This document shows positions 1-8,563 of a DNA stretch of 54,950 nucleotides, piece by piece. A program made the position numbers and the translations under genes. This DNA comes from Minisyncoccia bacterium (GTDB lineage Bacteria > Patescibacteriota > Minisyncoccia > Phycocordibacterales > PALSA-1337), in assembly GCA_044228445.1 (NCBI GenBank), contig JBGAUV010000001.1, positions 316,495 to 371,444 of the forward strand, in the 5' to 3' direction. The notes under the pieces are model-generated. The model worked only from the letters and a program-made list of their open reading frames with translations. It had not been told where the DNA came from and did no database searches. Within the stretch, counting starts at the first letter, position 1; each line of letters begins with the position of its first letter.

Positions 1-219
1 TATGCAATGACCGGACAGAGACAAGAGGCTATAAAAGAGTTTGAAGATCTTAGCTTAACAAACCCAGATAATAAAGAAGTATCATTTATATTAAATAATT
101 TAAAATCAGGTAGATCACCATTCGCAGATGCAAGACCACCAGTTGATAGTAAGCCTGAAAAAAGAGCAAAGTTACCACTTACAGAAAAGTCTAGTTCAAA
201 GTCAAAATCAACAAACTAG
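1..219 (+). CDS. C-terminal end of a CDS that begins upstream of the window (helical-repeat-like tail, Lys/Ser-rich end)
   Basis: Frame 1 is open from base 1; TAG stop at 217-219; no diagnostic motif visible. Confidence 0.4.
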   Translation, partial: YAMTGQRQEAIKEFEDLSLTNPDNKEVSFILNNLKSGRSPFADARPPVDSKPEKRAKLPLTEKSSSKSKSTN

Positions 220-225
220 TAGTTT

Positions 226-1917
226 ATGGTAAAGAAATTATTTAGCTTTCTAAGTAAAGAAATTACTGGCATACATGAGGCTGCTTATCTTTTGGCTTTC
301 TTTACTATACTTTCTCAAATTCTAGCTTTGATAAGAGATAAGCTATTGGCCTTTAATTTTGGAGCTGGAACATCACTTGATATATATTATGCTTCTTTCA
401 GAATCCCTGATCTAATCTTTGTATCAATTGGTTCTGTAGTTTCAGTCTCTGTTCTATTACCATTTATTACTGATGCATATGCAAACAGTAAAGAGCAAGG
501 TAGAAAACTAGTTAACAGTATATTTAGTGTATTTTTTATTTCACTAGTTATAATTAGTGTACTCGCTTTTATCTTTGCTGATCCACTTTTAAAACTAGCT
601 TTACCAGGTATATTTAAAAATTATTCTGATAAATTTGATTTATTGGTAAATATGACAAGAATATTGCTTTTATCACCAATATTTCTTGGAATATCAAACT
701 TTTTTTCTAACATTACACAAATGCATAGAAGATTTATGGTTTATGCTATAAGTCCACTTATATATAATTTGGGAATAATATTAGGAATAATATTTCTTTA
801 TCCAGTGTTTGGTTTATACGGCCTTGCTCTCGGTGTAGTATTTGGTGCTTTTGGACATATGGTTATACAACTTCCATTTATGTTAGGAAGAGGAATTTTC
901 CCTAGATTTACAACAGACTTGGATTGGAAATCTGTTAAAAAAATAGTCTTAATATCACTACCTAGAACATTAACATTATCGTCAAATCAACTTGCTTCTT
1001 TCTTTTTGGTTTCTTTGGCATCAATTATGACTTCAGGTGGAATATCAATATTTAGTTTGGCATTAAATTTACAATCTGTACCACTTTCAATAATTGGAGT
1101 AAGTTATTCTTCAGCAATTTTCCCTTCATTATCAAAATACTTTGTAAATGGAGAAAATGATAAATTTATAGATAAAATAGTAGAATCATCTAGACATATA
1201 ATATTCTGGTCAGTACCTATTACAGTTCTTTTTGTGGTGCTTAGAGCACAGATCGTGAGAACAATATACGGTGCAGGTGCTTTTGATTGGGTAGATACAA
1301 GACTTACAGCAGCAACATTGGCAATATTTGTAATATCAGTAACTGCACAGAGTTTAGTCTTACTTTTTGTTAGAGCTTCATATGCAAGAGGAAAGACAAA
1401 AATACCACTTATTATAAATATATCATCTTCAATACTCATAGCAGTTTTAGGGTACACTTTCTTAAAATTATATAAGATATACCCAGTATTTAATTATTTC
1501 TTGGATGAGCTATTTAAAGTCTCAGATTTACATAATTCCGGTACTCATATACTAGTTTTACCTCTTGCATATACAATAGGAACATTGATAAATCTAGTAT
1601 TGTACTGGTATATTTGCGAAAAAGATTATAAAGGCTTTTCAATTAAAGTGTTGCCTAGCTTTTTCCAAAGCTTTGCAGGATCTGTAATTATGGGGTATGT
1701 TACATTTATATCTCTAAGGTTCTTTAATATGTTTTTCCCGCTTACAAAACTCTGGGGAGTCTTTTTACAAGGTTTTTGCGCAGGTATAGTTGGAATTATG
1801 GCTTTAATAATTATATTGAGACTATTACAGAATAAAGAGTTAAAAGAAGTATGGGAAACATTACATCATAAGATTTGGAAAGCAAAAGTTATTATACCTG
1901 GACAAGAAAATCTATAA
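226..1917 (+). CDS. murJ: Lipid II flippase MurJ/MviN family
   Basis: 563-aa polytopic membrane protein; N-terminal AAYLLAFFTILSQILALIRDKLLAFNFG...DIYYASFRIPD resembles the MviN/MurJ signature region. Confidence 0.8.
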   Translation: MVKKLFSFLSKEITGIHEAAYLLAFFTILSQILALIRDKLLAFNFGAGTSLDIYYASFRIPDLIFVSIGSVVSVSVLLPFITDAYANSKEQGRKLVNSIFSVFFISLVIISVLAFIFADPLLKLALPGIFKNYSDKFDLLVNMTRILLLSPIFLGISNFFSNITQMHRRFMVYAISPLIYNLGIILGIIFLYPVFGLYGLALGVVFGAFGHMVIQLPFMLGRGIFPRFTTDLDWKSVKKIVLISLPRTLTLSSNQLASFFLVSLASIMTSGGISIFSLALNLQSVPLSIIGVSYSSAIFPSLSKYFVNGENDKFIDKIVESSRHIIFWSVPITVLFVVLRAQIVRTIYGAGAFDWVDTRLTAATLAIFVISVTAQSLVLLFVRASYARGKTKIPLIINISSSILIAVLGYTFLKLYKIYPVFNYFLDELFKVSDLHNSGTHILVLPLAYTIGTLINLVLYWYICEKDYKGFSIKVLPSFFQSFAGSVIMGYVTFISLRFFNMFFPLTKLWGVFLQGFCAGIVGIMALIIILRLLQNKELKEVWETLHHKIWKAKVIIPGQENL

Positions 1918-1943
1918 TAAAGTTCAAAGAGATATAATTGAAT

Positions 1944-3734
1944 ATGAATAAAGACGATATAAATTTAATAAGAAATTTTTCTATAATTGCCCATATAGAC
2001 CATGGTAAGTCTACTCTTGCAGATAGAATGCTTGAACTTACAGGAACAATAGAGAAAAGAAAGATGCAAGAACAAGTGCTAGACAGTATGGAACTTGAAC
2101 GTGAAAGAGGAATAACAATAAAGATGCAGCCAGTTAGAATGAAGTTTGGAAACTATGTTTTAAACCTAATAGATACACCCGGACATATAGACTTTTCATA
2201 TGAGGTTTCAAGAGCTTTAAAGGCCGTAGAAGGCTCTATTTTGCTTGTAGACGCAACACAAGGTGTTCAAGCTCAAACACTTACGACTTTGAATATGGCA
2301 ATAGAATCAGGCCTAGTTATACTTCCTGTAGTTTCAAAAATAGATTCACCTTTAGCTAGAGTAAATGAAGTTGTAAAAGAAGTTTGTGAATTATTAAAAT
2401 GCGATGAAAGTCAGGTATTAAAAGTTTCTGGTAAAACAGGGGAAGGAGTAATAAATTTATTAAATGAAATAGTTAAAAGAGTTCCACCGCCAAAACCTAT
2501 TGATAATAGCAATAATTTTAAATCTCTCGTTTTTGATTTTCAATACTCAAACCATAAAGGCGTGATTGTATATATAAGAGTAATGAATGGTAGTGTAAAA
2601 CGCCATGATAATCTTTTATTTAAAGTCAGCAAAGAAAAATTCCAATCACTAGAGGTAGGAATATTTTCTCCAGATGAAACTCCAAAAGAAAGTCTAGGAG
2701 TAGGTGAAATAGGATATATAGTTACTGGAATAAAAGAGCCAGGAATAGCGTCAGTTGGAGATACGGTATCGTCTGCTACAGATACAGATCTTCCTTTACC
2801 TGGATATATGAGTCCAAAACCAGTGGTATGGGCTTCTATTTATCCAGAAAGCCAAGATGATTTTAATAATTTAAGACAAGCACTAGGAAGATTGAGATTG
2901 TCTGATTCATCTTTTACTTATGAAGAAGAATCTTCAGGAACACTAGGAAGAGGATTTAGATCAGGTTTCTTGGGTATGTTACACCTTGAAATAATAACTG
3001 AAAGATTGAGAAGAGAATTCAATCTTCAACTAGTAGTGACAATACCAAGCATTACTTACAATGTTGAATTAAAAAATGATAAAACGGTAACAGTTTACTC
3101 CCCAAGCTTTTTCCCTGAAGATCATGAAATTAAAAGAGTTCTTGAGCCTTTAGTAAATATGAAAATAATATGTCCACCTCAATATCTTGGTCCTATTATG
3201 CAAACAGTATTCACACATGAAGGGGAAGTATCTGCTACAGAAAACTTTGGTGAAAATAGAACATCACTAACTTTAGTAATGCCACTTAGAGAACTTATGA
3301 GAAACTTTTTTGATGAAATAAAGAGCGTATCATCAGGTTTTGCTTCAATATCATATGAAATAGGTGAATATAGAGAAGCTAATGTAGCAAGAATGGATAT
3401 ACTAGTAGCAGATGAAATAGTCCCAGCATTTTCAAGAGTAGTTTCTAGAATAAGACTTGAAGAAGAAGCAAAAGCTTCAGTAGAAAAACTTCACAAAATT
3501 CTTCCAAGACAAATGTTCACTATGAAAATACAAGCAAAAGCACTAGGAAGAATAATATCTTCAGAAACCCTTTCAGGTATGAAAAAAGATGTTACTCAAC
3601 ATATGTATGGTGGAGATAGAACAAGAAAAATGAAATTATGGGAGAAACAAAAAGAGGGTAAAAAGAAGATGAAAGAGCTAGGAAAAGTAAATATTCCTCA
3701 GGATGTATTTATAAAGATGATGAGAGCAGATTAA
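1944..3734 (+). CDS. lepA: Elongation factor 4 (LepA)
   Basis: GTPase motifs AHIDHGKST and DTPGH plus LepA-type C-terminus (GGDRTRKMKLWEKQKEGKKKMK). Track ORF starts at TTG 1938; first ATG is 1944. Confidence 0.95.
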   Translation: MNKDDINLIRNFSIIAHIDHGKSTLADRMLELTGTIEKRKMQEQVLDSMELERERGITIKMQPVRMKFGNYVLNLIDTPGHIDFSYEVSRALKAVEGSILLVDATQGVQAQTLTTLNMAIESGLVILPVVSKIDSPLARVNEVVKEVCELLKCDESQVLKVSGKTGEGVINLLNEIVKRVPPPKPIDNSNNFKSLVFDFQYSNHKGVIVYIRVMNGSVKRHDNLLFKVSKEKFQSLEVGIFSPDETPKESLGVGEIGYIVTGIKEPGIASVGDTVSSATDTDLPLPGYMSPKPVVWASIYPESQDDFNNLRQALGRLRLSDSSFTYEEESSGTLGRGFRSGFLGMLHLEIITERLRREFNLQLVVTIPSITYNVELKNDKTVTVYSPSFFPEDHEIKRVLEPLVNMKIICPPQYLGPIMQTVFTHEGEVSATENFGENRTSLTLVMPLRELMRNFFDEIKSVSSGFASISYEIGEYREANVARMDILVADEIVPAFSRVVSRIRLEEEAKASVEKLHKILPRQMFTMKIQAKALGRIISSETLSGMKKDVTQHMYGGDRTRKMKLWEKQKEGKKKMKELGKVNIPQDVFIKMMRAD

Positions 3735-3888
3735 TATATAAATATATTATCTAGCAAAATACATAGCAATCATACTAATAGATACAAAGACTCCAACAAG
3801 TATCATTGCAAATCTTATGTATTTTTGAGATTTTTCGTGGAATAACATAGGTAAATAGTAGTATACTATATAGTATTAATATTTCAAT

Positions 3889-4293
3889 ATGGATTTTCAA
3901 AAGAAAAAAAAGATAAAAAATATAATTCATTCACCAGCTTCAATACTGATTTTATTTATTATTTTTCTAATATTGATTAGAGCAATATTTAGTGTATATC
4001 AAAAACAAAATATAAGTATTCAAAATCTTGCAAAAGAGAAGATGGAGTATGAAAAAATGAGTCAAAGAAAAGAAAAACTAGTCTCAAATATAGAATATTT
4101 AAAAACAGATGATGGTGTAGAATCAGAAATAAGAAATAAATTTAGATTGGTAAAACAAGGAGAGTCAGTTGCTGTAATTATAAATGATGAAGCAAGTAGT
4201 ACGAAAAATACTATTAAAAATCCTCAAAATACAAGTGAAATAAGTACCTCAACTAGTTTTTTCGGTAAAATATTTAACTATTTATTTAAATAA
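3889..4293 (+). CDS. Septum formation initiator-like (FtsB/DivIC-type) membrane protein
   Basis: N-terminal single TM helix, then a coiled coil and the RNKFRLVKQGE motif typical of FtsB/DivIC. Confidence 0.5.
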   Translation: MDFQKKKKIKNIIHSPASILILFIIFLILIRAIFSVYQKQNISIQNLAKEKMEYEKMSQRKEKLVSNIEYLKTDDGVESEIRNKFRLVKQGESVAVIINDEASSTKNTIKNPQNTSEISTSTSFFGKIFNYLFK

Positions 4294-4341
4294 AATCATT
4301 TATGATATAATAGGCAGACTTTATTCATAATTAAATAAAAT

Positions 4342-4581
4342 ATGAAAGATATAAAAATATATTCAACACCTACATGTCATTTTTGTAAATTAGCAAAAGA
4401 ATTTATGAATAGTCATAATATAAAGTATACAGAATACAATGTAGCTACAGATCTAGAGAAGAGAAAAGAAATGGTAGAAAAGTCAGGACAACTTGGTGTT
4501 CCAGTTATTGATATTGATGGAGAAATTACAGTTGGTTTTGATGAAAGTGAATTTGCAAAAGCAGTTGGGGTCTCACATTAA
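4342..4581 (+). CDS. Glutaredoxin-like protein (NrdH/YruB type)
   Basis: 79 aa, CHFC redox motif near the N-terminus, GVPVI motif, thioredoxin-fold size. Confidence 0.8.
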   Translation: MKDIKIYSTPTCHFCKLAKEFMNSHNIKYTEYNVATDLEKRKEMVEKSGQLGVPVIDIDGEITVGFDESEFAKAVGVSH

Positions 4582-4660
4582 TAAATGTAGCTGAATTACT
4601 TCAAATTATTTTTTAACAAAAAATCAAATAAAGAATATTGTAGACCTTAGGAAAAAAGGT

Positions 4661-5227
4661 ATGTCTTTAAACGAGATTAGAAATATAACAAAACATTCAT
4701 ACGATACTATAGCTAAATATACAAAGAACGTAAAAATTAGTTCAAAATATATAAAAATACTTAAATCTAAACAAGGAGGTAGTAAATTAAAATCAGAATT
4801 AAATTGGAGTAAAGCAAAAAAGGATGCAGAAATTATAATTGGAAATTTATCTGATAGAGATATATTACTGGTAACAACCTCGCTTTATTGGGGTGAAGGA
4901 ACAAAAAGTCAGTTTAATTTAATAAATAGTGATCCATATTTGATAAAGATTTTTATAAAAGGATTATATATAATTGGAGTACCTAAAGATAGGATTAAAT
5001 TTAGTTTGAGAATTTATAGAGACATGGAAGAAGATTTAGTAAAAAAGTTCTGGAAAGAATTTTTAGATATTAAAGATATTCAATTTAGGAATTCTGAATT
5101 TATACATAAATCAGGTAATAGTAAATTTAGATATGGAATGTGTAGAATTACAATCACAAGACCAGCCCAATATTTCAAACTATTAATAAGTATGATAGAT
5201 TCAATTAAAAATACCAAGTCATCATAG
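4661..5227 (+). CDS. HTH plus LAGLIDADG-like DNA-binding protein (possible homing-endonuclease relative)
   Basis: LYWGEGTK followed by FNLINSDPYLIKIFIKGLYIIGV resembles a LAGLIDADG block. N-terminal GMSLNEIRNITKHSYDTIAKYTK is HTH-like. Frame stays open upstream to 4595 without an ATG. Confidence 0.35.
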   Translation: MSLNEIRNITKHSYDTIAKYTKNVKISSKYIKILKSKQGGSKLKSELNWSKAKKDAEIIIGNLSDRDILLVTTSLYWGEGTKSQFNLINSDPYLIKIFIKGLYIIGVPKDRIKFSLRIYRDMEEDLVKKFWKEFLDIKDIQFRNSEFIHKSGNSKFRYGMCRITITRPAQYFKLLISMIDSIKNTKSS

Positions 5228-5289
5228 TTCAATGGATAGAACGAGGGACTCCTAAGCCCTAAATGCAGGTTCGATTCCTGCTGGTGACA
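5218..5289 (+). tRNA. tRNA-Arg: tRNA-Arg (anticodon CCT)
   Basis: Hand-folded cloverleaf: acceptor GTCATCA/TGGTGAC, D stem GTTC/GAAC, anticodon loop CTCCTAA, T arm GCAGG-TTCGATT-CCTGC. No encoded CCA. Confidence 0.85.
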
Positions 5290-5327
5290 CAATTTAAAAA
5301 AATAAATATTAGTGTTATAATATTTTT

Positions 5328-5609
5328 ATGACACCAGAAGAAAAAGAACTTTTAAATAAAACTTATAAACTAGCAGAAGAGAATAATGGAATATTAAAGT
5401 CGATGAGACTTTCAAATAGAGTTAGCACAGTCTTTAGATTTGCTTACTGGTTTATTATAATAGCTCTATCATTCGGTGCTTACTACTTTATACAGCCATA
5501 TATGAATTTTCTAACAGAAACTATAAACAGTGTATCAGGACAGGGAGGTGGATCTATTTTAAATAACAATACAAACCCTCTAAACAACCTTCAAGATCTC
5601 TTGAAGTAG
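5328..5609 (+). CDS. Small hypothetical membrane protein
   Basis: 93-aa ORF with one central hydrophobic helix and backbone-like AT-rich codon use. Confidence 0.45.
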   Translation: MTPEEKELLNKTYKLAEENNGILKSMRLSNRVSTVFRFAYWFIIIALSFGAYYFIQPYMNFLTETINSVSGQGGGSILNNNTNPLNNLQDLLK

Positions 5610-5653
5610 TTTACTTGCCCAAAATGATAAAAAAGTTTAGACTGTTTTATGAC

Positions 5654-5780
5654 TGCCAAGGTAGCTGACTTGGTAGAAAAGCGACAAAATTAAATATGCC
5701 AAGGTAGCTGTTTTGGTAGACAGCGACCAAAGTAAATATGCCAAGGTAGCTAACTTGGTAGACAAGTGACCAAGTTGGAT
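5654..5780 (+). repeat. Three tandem degenerate copies of the 5' part of tRNA-Phe
   Basis: TGCCAAGGTAGCT-NNN-TTGGTAGA at 5654-5677, 5697-5720 and 5739-5762 (periods 43 and 42 nt). Identical to 5814-5837 of the real gene except for the 3 variable nt. Confidence 0.85.
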
Positions 5781-5814
5781 ATAGAGTGTTAGTTTAAAAT
5801 TGATAATTTAATAT

Positions 5815-5890
5815 GCCAAGGTAGCTCAGTTGGTAGAGCGCTCCCCTGAAGAGGGATAGGTCACCAGTTCGATCCTGGTCCTTGGCACCA
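5815..5890 (+). tRNA. tRNA-Phe: tRNA-Phe (anticodon GAA), CCA encoded
   Basis: Acceptor GCCAAGG/CCTTGGC, D arm GCTC-AGTTGGTA-GAGC, anticodon loop CTGAAGA, T arm ACCAG-TTCGATC-CTGGT, terminal ACCA. Confidence 0.95.
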
Positions 5891-5907
5891 ATATTGTTTA
5901 TATAAAT

Positions 5908-5939
5908 AAAAAACAGTGACTCGATAGCCACTGTTTTTT
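5908..5939. terminator. Bidirectional intrinsic terminator (tRNA-Phe / hsp20)
   Basis: AAAAACAGTG...CACTGTTTTTT hairpin flanked by an A-run and a T-run between convergent genes. Confidence 0.7.
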
Positions 5940-5943
5940 ATTA

Positions 5944-6423
5944 TTATATTGTTCTTACCTTTAACTTACTCTGTCTCTTTTTATCTAGTTTTGGAAGTTT
6001 AAGTATAAGTAAACCATGTTTTTCAACAGCTTCAGCTTCATCTACATCTACTTCAGCAGGAAGGGCAATAGTTCTGGCAAATGAACCCCAATACAATTCT
6101 CTTGAAAAATAGTCCTCTTCTTTAACAGTTTTCTCTTCTTCTCTATGACCACGTATAGTTACGCTATCTCTAGTTATTGAAATATCCAAATCTTCAGGAT
6201 GAACACCTGCTATCATGGATTTTATTATTATTAAATCAGATGTTTGATATACATCAACAGTCAATTCACCTTCTCTTTCTTCTTCCTCTTCTTCTAACCA
6301 ATTATCACCACCATCAACTACTCCAATCTTTCTAGAAGGTGTTTCTGTGTCGTCATTATCCTCAGTATCTAATCTTACTGATCCTGTTAATCTTTCAAAA
6401 AACGATTTTTTTTCTTTTGCCAT
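5944..6423 (-). CDS. Small heat-shock protein, Hsp20/alpha-crystallin family
   Basis: 159 aa. Alpha-crystallin domain pattern: LTVDVYQT..., SVTIRGHREEE..., FARTIALPAEVD..., GLLILKLPK. Confidence 0.9.
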   Translation of the reverse strand: MAKEKKSFFERLTGSVRLDTEDNDDTETPSRKIGVVDGGDNWLEEEEEEREGELTVDVYQTSDLIIIKSMIAGVHPEDLDISITRDSVTIRGHREEEKTVKEEDYFSRELYWGSFARTIALPAEVDVDEAEAVEKHGLLILKLPKLDKKRQSKLKVRTI

Positions 6424-6445
6424 AATAAATTTATAATAAAAACAA

Positions 6446-7150
6446 TTAACTAATTTTATTCGTGCTCTCTTTTGGGGCTATGGCTTTTATTTCTTCAAAT
6501 AGGATTATAAGAATTATTACGGCACACCATACCCAACCAAAAATTTTAAGTGCACTAACTGAACTTGCACTAATTATAGCTAAGTTAAATGATGTGTGCA
6601 ATAAAGTTGCAATGATAATTCCAAAAACTGTGGATATCATTTTTAATAAATTACTTTTATAAAATGAAATACCAATCATAAAGCCAATAAATGCTGAAGA
6701 AACAACATGAACCAAGCTTGAACCTATAAAACGCAAACTTCCTGTAACTATGCTTTTTGCAATTTCACCGTTTACAAGAGGGGATAGTATAAAGAGCGTA
6801 TTTTCTATTGCAGCAAAACCTAAAGCAACTGTAATGCAGTATATTATTGCATCAATTGGTTCATCCAAGTACCTTGAGTGTAATATTACTATTGCAAAAG
6901 CAAAATATTTTACAACTTCTTCAATAAATGCCCAAGTTAAATACTTTGCATTATCACTACTTACAAAATTTGAAGAAAATTGTTCCAAAACTACAGCAAT
7001 AATTATTGAAAGACAACCTGAAATAAATGTAATTGCAATAAGGCTTCTTGGTTCTGGATGTAAGTTGTCTTCTCTTAACCAAAACCATAACCATAATAGT
7101 GATGGTAGTACTCCTGCTAGTATTGCATATATAATAACAGCTATATTCAT
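6446..7150 (-). CDS. PrsW-family intramembrane protease
   Basis: 234-aa polytopic protein with FIEEVVKYFAF (EExxK) and HTSFN motifs characteristic of PrsW. Confidence 0.7.
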   Translation of the reverse strand: MNIAVIIYAILAGVLPSLLWLWFWLREDNLHPEPRSLIAITFISGCLSIIIAVVLEQFSSNFVSSDNAKYLTWAFIEEVVKYFAFAIVILHSRYLDEPIDAIIYCITVALGFAAIENTLFILSPLVNGEIAKSIVTGSLRFIGSSLVHVVSSAFIGFMIGISFYKSNLLKMISTVFGIIIATLLHTSFNLAIISASSVSALKIFGWVWCAVIILIILFEEIKAIAPKESTNKIS

Positions 7151-7220
7151 TTACTAAATTATACCTCGAATATCCATAAAAACTCTTGGGGAAAAACTAT
7201 CAGTAATAGAGTATGTGGGC

Positions 7221-7248
7221 TTGACAAAATCCTATTTTATGATAGGGT
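7221..7248 (+). promoter_or_regulatory. Putative promoter of cassette A
   Basis: TTGACA 7221-7226, 16-nt spacer, TGa-TAGGGT 7240-7248; AGGAGG Shine-Dalgarno at 7341-7346. Confidence 0.35.
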
Positions 7249-7355
7249 GCCTATAAATGGCTCTTTGTAATTGGATTATGTGTTGTTCCCGTGTGGGAAC
7301 TTTACGATTTATTTCGACATATAAGAAAGTATAGAGAGCTAGGAGGAATAAAGAC

Positions 7356-8351
7356 ATGAAAAATCTGTTCAAGTCGGTTTGGATGGCCATCTTTGTGATG
7401 GTTGTCGGTATGGTCTTCACCCACGGGCAAGCGCCAGTGGTGACCGAAAACGGCAATGCCGCGGTCACTGCGGATGGTTCAGCAGCTTCGAGGACTCTCA
7501 GTCCCACGGAAGCTGCTGAAGTCTTCAGTAGTCGACGTCATGCCCGGCTCCTTGCCGAGGGTGATGGAATCACCGTGAAGGTTTACGCCTCTGTGGGACC
7601 CCGAAAGGATGCCCCAGAATACGCAGAGTTTGCGGGAAGTTTTCTTCTCGCAGCTTTCAATGACGTTTATCCGACAGGTGAACCCTCCAAGGTTAAGTTT
7701 CTCAGTCTCGGACGAAAGTTCGAGCCCGGAAATCTTATGGGTGGATGGACGATTTGGTTTGCTACGGTAATAGAAAGGGCTGGAAAGCCCTTCATGCCGA
7801 CAAACCTGACATCGCAGATCTCATCTTCCGCTAGCGATATCTTCGGGAAGATTGAACTTTACAATAACCCCGAGAATGTCTATGGAATGACGTCGCGTGG
7901 TCAAGTCACTGACCAGAACGGCATCAAGACCCTCATTACTGGGGGAAGGTGGTCCGAGAGTCTGGTCACAAAGTTCGCTTTTCTCGGAACAGCGAACAAG
8001 ACGATGAATGACCCGACTCAATCAATCTACGACAATAACGTAAGGTGGATGATGGGATTTCCGAACTTTATCCTTGATTGCAAGTGGGCAATCAAGGAGA
8101 ATGGTGTCATCGCTGGTATTGGTGGTATCACCCTCGAAACGAGACCCTTTATCCCCGAACCACCGACCCTCGTCATTACGAGGGATGGAAACGGGATCAA
8201 GGTTTCGTCCCCAGATCTGCCCACGAGCATTTCAGCAGACGTTCTCCAGTCTCCCAACTGGAGTGTCGTGGGTACCATCACTGGTACCCAGGCCCTCGCC
8301 ATTCCGGCAGGGCAATCCATGCAGCTCTTCCGTCTCCGGGTCAACAATTGA
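7356..8351 (+). CDS. Secreted hypothetical protein (GC-rich cassette A)
   Basis: 331-aa ORF, AGGAGG 9 nt upstream, N-terminal signal peptide (MKNLFKSVWMAIFVMVVGMVFTHGQA). 35/60 GC at 7441-7500 versus about 27% in the backbone. Confidence 0.7.
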   Translation: MKNLFKSVWMAIFVMVVGMVFTHGQAPVVTENGNAAVTADGSAASRTLSPTEAAEVFSSRRHARLLAEGDGITVKVYASVGPRKDAPEYAEFAGSFLLAAFNDVYPTGEPSKVKFLSLGRKFEPGNLMGGWTIWFATVIERAGKPFMPTNLTSQISSSASDIFGKIELYNNPENVYGMTSRGQVTDQNGIKTLITGGRWSESLVTKFAFLGTANKTMNDPTQSIYDNNVRWMMGFPNFILDCKWAIKENGVIAGIGGITLETRPFIPEPPTLVITRDGNGIKVSSPDLPTSISADVLQSPNWSVVGTITGTQALAIPAGQSMQLFRLRVNN

Positions 8352-8370
8352 CCCGCTCTTCCAGAGACCA

Positions 8371-8416
8371 ACAGCAGCCAGTTTCAAACCCAAAAGGGTG
8401 AGAGACTGGCTGTTTT
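8371..8416 (+). terminator. Putative intrinsic terminator of cassette A
   Basis: CAGCCAGT (8375-8382) pairs with ACTGGCTG (8405-8412), followed by TTTT; the loop is large (22 nt). Confidence 0.45.
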
Positions 8417-8563
8417 CTTATTTAAATATAATATTTAGTGAAATTTCAAAAAACACCAAAACTCGGAAATATGACCCTTATAAGAGGGAGACCCCTTGAC
8501 TTTTTATCGATTATCGTGTATACATATAGGGTTATTATTAGACAATAATTAACGAATAAATCA

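Noticed and set aside
3747-3848. A 33-codon hydrophobic minus-strand ORF between lepA and the FtsB-like gene (MLFHEKSQKYIRFAMILVGVFVSISMIAMYFAR)
   Set aside because: It has no recognisable ribosome-binding site or promoter and is very short. Such ORFs arise by chance in AT-rich DNA, so there is not enough evidence to call it.
5654-5780. Additional tRNA genes or a CRISPR-like array upstream of tRNA-Phe
   Set aside because: Each unit reproduces only the acceptor 5' strand and part of the D arm. No anticodon arm, T arm or acceptor 3' strand is present, so they cannot be functional tRNAs. A period of 42-43 nt without unique spacers is not CRISPR-like.
7195-8420. The GC-rich segments as assembly chimeras from a co-binned GC-rich organism
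   Set aside because: Each segment is short and flanked on both sides by backbone sequence. The segments use AT-rich promoters that resemble backbone promoters, and cassette C shares a bidirectional terminator with the neighbouring desulfurase gene. That argues for genuine integration. This cannot be fully excluded without read mapping.
8027-8499. Several 100-140-aa ORFs overlapping the cassette A gene on both strands
   Set aside because: High GC suppresses stop codons in alternative frames. These ORFs lack ribosome-binding sites and encode Arg/Pro/Ser-rich nonsense-like sequence. The same applies to 7232..7507, 7821..8021, 36400..36819, 37151..37363, 38140..38343, 38181..38624, 38910..39150, 45439..45915, 45649..45837, 53391..53849, 53628..53894, 54094..54516 and 54327..54512.
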